Positions 60,814 through 64,000 of a DNA stretch of 64,000 bases are shown here, piece after piece. The position numbers and the translations under genes were made by a program. Origin of the DNA: Candidatus Latescibacterota bacterium. Lineage in GTDB: Bacteria > Latescibacterota > UBA2968 > GCA-2709665. The number at the start of each line of letters is the position of its first letter. Within the stretch, counting starts at the first letter, position 1. The notes beneath the pieces were generated by a model. That model saw only the letters and a list, made by a program, of their open reading frames with translations. It searched no databases and was not told the origin of the DNA. Where the stretch lies: the NCBI GenBank assembly GCA_965219455.1, contig OZ244744.1, forward strand, positions 3,872,001-3,936,000, read 5' to 3'.

Positions 60814-62262
60814 ATGCCCCGGCGTAACGACATCCAGAAAATCATGCTCATCGGTTCCGGGCCGATCGTCATCGGCCAGGCCTGTGAGTTCGACTACTCC
60901 GGCGCGCAGGCCTGCAAGGCGCTCAAGGAAGAGGGATATACGGTTGTATTGTTGAACAGCAATCCGGCTACGATTATGACCGATCCGGAAATGGCTGACC
61001 GGACCTACGTGGAACCCGTTGCGCCGGAAGTATGCGCCGCCATCATCGAACGGGAGCGTCCCGACGCGCTTCTTCCCACGCTTGGTGGACAGACGGGCCT
61101 GAACGTGGCCATGGATCTCTACAACAGCGGGGTTCTCGAGAAATTCAACGTGGAGATGATCGGCGCAAAGGCCGAAGCCATCGAGAAGGCCGAAAACAGG
61201 GAACGCTTCCAGGCGGCAATGGCAAGGATCGGCGTTGAATTCCCGAATGGCAGATTCGCGCACAACGCGGAAGAAGCACGGGAAGTGATTGCCGAAATAG
61301 GCTATCCCGCCATCATTCGCCCGTCTTACACGCTCGGAGGTACCGGCGGGGGCACCGCCTATAACGCGGAAGAATACGAACACCTCGCGGTTCGGGGGCT
61401 GGAACTCTCGCCCACCACCGAAATCCTTGTCGAAGAGTCCATCATCGGATGGAAAGAGTTCGAACTGGAGGTCATGCGCGATCTGAAGGACAACGTCGTC
61501 ATTATCTGTTCCATCGAAAACTTCGATCCCATGGGAATCCATACCGGCGACTCCATTACGGTGGCGCCGGCGCAGACTCTTACCGACAAAGAGTACCAGG
61601 CGATGCGGGACGCGTCCATAGCGGTTATCCGGGAGATCGGCGTGGAAACGGGCGGTTCCAATATTCAGTTCGCGCTGAATCCGCGGGATGGACGCATCGT
61701 CATCATCGAAATGAACCCCCGGGTATCCCGGAGTTCCGCACTGGCCTCGAAAGCAACCGGATTCCCCATTGCGAAGATCGCCGCCAAACTCGCCGTGGGA
61801 TACACACTGGATGAAATCCGGAACGACATCACCCGGGAAACGCCCGCCTCATTCGAGCCGACCATCGACTACTGCGTGGTCAAGATTCCACGGTGGACTT
61901 TCGAAAAGTTCCCGCAGACAGAAGACCTGCTGGGTACTCAGATGAAGTCCGTGGGTGAAACCATGGCAATCGGGCGGACGTTTAAAGAGGCCTTTCAGAA
62001 GGGACTGCGTTCCCTCGAAATCGGCCGTGCCGGCTTCGGGGCCGACGGGAAGGACCTGGCAATCCGGGCACTGGACCGCGCCGTCGTTGAACACCGGTTG
62101 CGAGTGCCCAATTCCCAGCGGATCTTCTATCTCAAGGCCGCTCTGGAAATGGGTTGGCCCATATCCGAACTTTTCGACCTGACTGGAATCGACCCCTGGT
62201 TCCTCGAGAACCTGCGACAGATCACCGAATTCGAAAAGGAACTCGCGGGCCTCATCGCGTGA
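60814..62262 (+). CDS. carB: Carbamoyl-phosphate synthase large subunit, N-terminal part
   Basis: [30 protein letters not shown]...IDPWFL; stops after 482 aa. Confidence 0.92.
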   Translation: MPRRNDIQKIMLIGSGPIVIGQACEFDYSGAQACKALKEEGYTVVLLNSNPATIMTDPEMADRTYVEPVAPEVCAAIIERERPDALLPTLGGQTGLNVAMDLYNSGVLEKFNVEMIGAKAEAIEKAENRERFQAAMARIGVEFPNGRFAHNAEEAREVIAEIGYPAIIRPSYTLGGTGGGTAYNAEEYEHLAVRGLELSPTTEILVEESIIGWKEFELEVMRDLKDNVVIICSIENFDPMGIHTGDSITVAPAQTLTDKEYQAMRDASIAVIREIGVETGGSNIQFALNPRDGRIVIIEMNPRVSRSSALASKATGFPIAKIAAKLAVGYTLDEIRNDITRETPASFEPTIDYCVVKIPRWTFEKFPQTEDLLGTQMKSVGETMAIGRTFKEAFQKGLRSLEIGRAGFGADGKDLAIRALDRAVVEHRLRVPNSQRIFYLKAALEMGWPISELFDLTGIDPWFLENLRQITEFEKELAGLIA

Positions 62263-64000
62263 TGACAGGAGTCCGGACGAGTCCGGTAGGCGCTATGTAC
62301 AAGAGACAACACACGCTCGACGAGCTGCGAGCCCGTATTGGCCGTCGAGATCTTATCAAGGCCAAACGATACGGCTTCAGCGACCGGCAGCTTGCCCACC
62401 TGTGGAAAACCAGTGAATGGACCGTCCGGGCCCTCCGAAAAGAACTGAATGTTCAGGCGGTTTACAAAACCATCGATACGTGCGCCGCCGAGTTCGAAGC
62501 GTATACGCCGTACCACTATTCGACCTACGAAGACGAAAACGAGGCCGTCCGCTCGGATCGATCTAAAATCATGATCCTGGGCGGCGGCCCGAACCGCATC
62601 GGGCAGGGCATCGAGTTCGACTACTGCTGTGTGCACGCGGCTTTCGCGCTCAAGGAAGACGGTTATGAGACCATTATGGTCAACTCGAACCCGGAAACCG
62701 TCAGCACCGATTACGACACCTCCGACAAACTCTATTTCGAGCCGCTCACGGCCGAAGACGTACTCAACATCGCGCATCTCGAACAGCCCGATGGCGTCAT
62801 CGTGCAGCTTGGCGGGCAAACCCCGCTGAACCTCGCACGCGACCTGGAGCGAGGCGGCGTCACCATCATCGGGACCTCTACGGACAGCATCGACCTGGCC
62901 GAAGACCGCAAGCGCTTCGGCGCGCTCATCAGGCAACTCGGCATTTCCCAGCCCGAAAACGGAACCGCCACCAGCGTGGACGAAGCCGTGGCGGTGGCCG
63001 ACGCCATCGGATATCCGGTGCTTGTCCGGCCCTCGTACGTCCTCGGCGGACGCGCCATGGTGATCGTCTACGAACGGAATGCGCTTCTCAGCTATATGGA
63101 GAAGGCTATCCAGGCCTCGCCCGAGCATCCCATCCTCATCGACCGTTTTCTCGAAGATGCTCATGAGTTCGACGTGGACGCCGTGGCGGACGATACCACG
63201 GTGGTGATCGGCGGCATCATGCAGCATATCGAAAGCGCCGGCGTGCATTCGGGCGACAGCGCCTGCGTGCTGCCGCCATACGATATCTCCGCGGAACACC
63301 TCGATGAACTCCGTTCCCACACCCATGCGCTGGCCGGCGCCCTGAACGTGGTGGGGTTGATGAACGCGCAGTTCGCCCTTCAGGACAATCAGGTCTACAT
63401 TATCGAAGTCAACCCGCGGGCCAGCCGAACGGTGCCGTTTGTCTCAAAGACGATCGGCGTTCCCCTGGCCAAAGTGGCCGCGCGGGCCATGGTCGGCCGA
63501 TCCTTGAGGGAACAGGGTCTGACAGGCGAAGTCTCCTTCGATCACATTGCCGTCAAGGAGGCCGTCTTACCTTTCGCCAAGTTCCCGGGCGTGGATACCC
63601 TGCTGGGTCCCGAAATGAAGTCCACGGGTGAAGTGATGGGCATCGACACCGACTTCGGACTGAGCTTCCACAAGGCGCAGTTCGGCGCCGGGGTGCGGCT
63701 GCCCACGTCCGGCGCCGTTTTCATCTCGGTCAACGACCGGGACAAAGATGCCGTGATACCCGTTGCCAGGCGTCTGTCGGAGCTTGGTTTTCGGATTGTC
63801 GCGACCCGTGGCACCCACGCCCGGCTCAAGGCGCACAATATTCCCGCCGAGTCCATTCTCAAAATCCAGCAGGGACGCCCGAATATTTTGGACGCCATAA
63901 AAAACAGGGCGATCGTATTAATGGTCAACACCCCGGCGGGGGAGGCCGCGCAGGCCGACGATCACAAGATTCGTCAGGCAACGCTGCAATACGGCATCCC
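62262..64000 (+). CDS. carB: Carbamoyl-phosphate synthase large subunit, C-terminal part (3' partial)
   Basis: ATG overlaps the upstream stop (TGATG), second ATG at 62295; [40 protein letters not shown]; runs off the window end. Confidence 0.9.
   Translation, partial: MTGVRTSPVGAMYKRQHTLDELRARIGRRDLIKAKRYGFSDRQLAHLWKTSEWTVRALRKELNVQAVYKTIDTCAAEFEAYTPYHYSTYEDENEAVRSDRSKIMILGGGPNRIGQGIEFDYCCVHAAFALKEDGYETIMVNSNPETVSTDYDTSDKLYFEPLTAEDVLNIAHLEQPDGVIVQLGGQTPLNLARDLERGGVTIIGTSTDSIDLAEDRKRFGALIRQLGISQPENGTATSVDEAVAVADAIGYPVLVRPSYVLGGRAMVIVYERNALLSYMEKAIQASPEHPILIDRFLEDAHEFDVDAVADDTTVVIGGIMQHIESAGVHSGDSACVLPPYDISAEHLDELRSHTHALAGALNVVGLMNAQFALQDNQVYIIEVNPRASRTVPFVSKTIGVPLAKVAARAMVGRSLREQGLTGEVSFDHIAVKEAVLPFAKFPGVDTLLGPEMKSTGEVMGIDTDFGLSFHKAQFGAGVRLPTSGAVFISVNDRDKDAVIPVARRLSELGFRIVATRGTHARLKAHNIPAESILKIQQGRPNILDAIKNRAIVLMVNTPAGEAAQADDHKIRQATLQYGI

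Overview
GC-rich bacterial chromosome window. The gene content (GlnRS plus GluRS, MqnP/UbiA-UbiX pair, sulfatase-like enzymes, outer-membrane proteins) suggests a diderm, possibly Latescibacterota/Gemmatimonadota-like organism; this is inference only. The left ~24 kb is a mosaic accessory/defence island: two EEP-family nucleases, Nmad3, a ParA plus unknown partner, a frameshifted Hhe-type DUF4011-helicase-Vsr gene, a PD-(D/E)XK nuclease, a toxin-antitoxin (TA) pair, a duplicated DUF4432 gene and many gene fragments. Its most striking structure is a 37-bp CRISPR-type repeat (consensus CCCGGTGAGAATCTTCCATCAGAACAAGGATTGAAAC). It occurs six times, always on the + strand and mostly solitary, at junctions between gene-sized segments. 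One copy heads a chimeric mini-array built from three different repeat families. No cas genes or integrase are visible in the window. The right ~40 kb is mostly metabolic and housekeeping (SelW-type selenoprotein, ubiX/ubiA, catabolic cluster, phytase, manA, TA loci, glnS, prs, tRNA-Gln, gltX, two tRNA-Ser, nnr, split carB), with three copies of a ~160-bp MITE and IS4/RAYT relics. All family calls come from motif recognition by eye; no database search was run.
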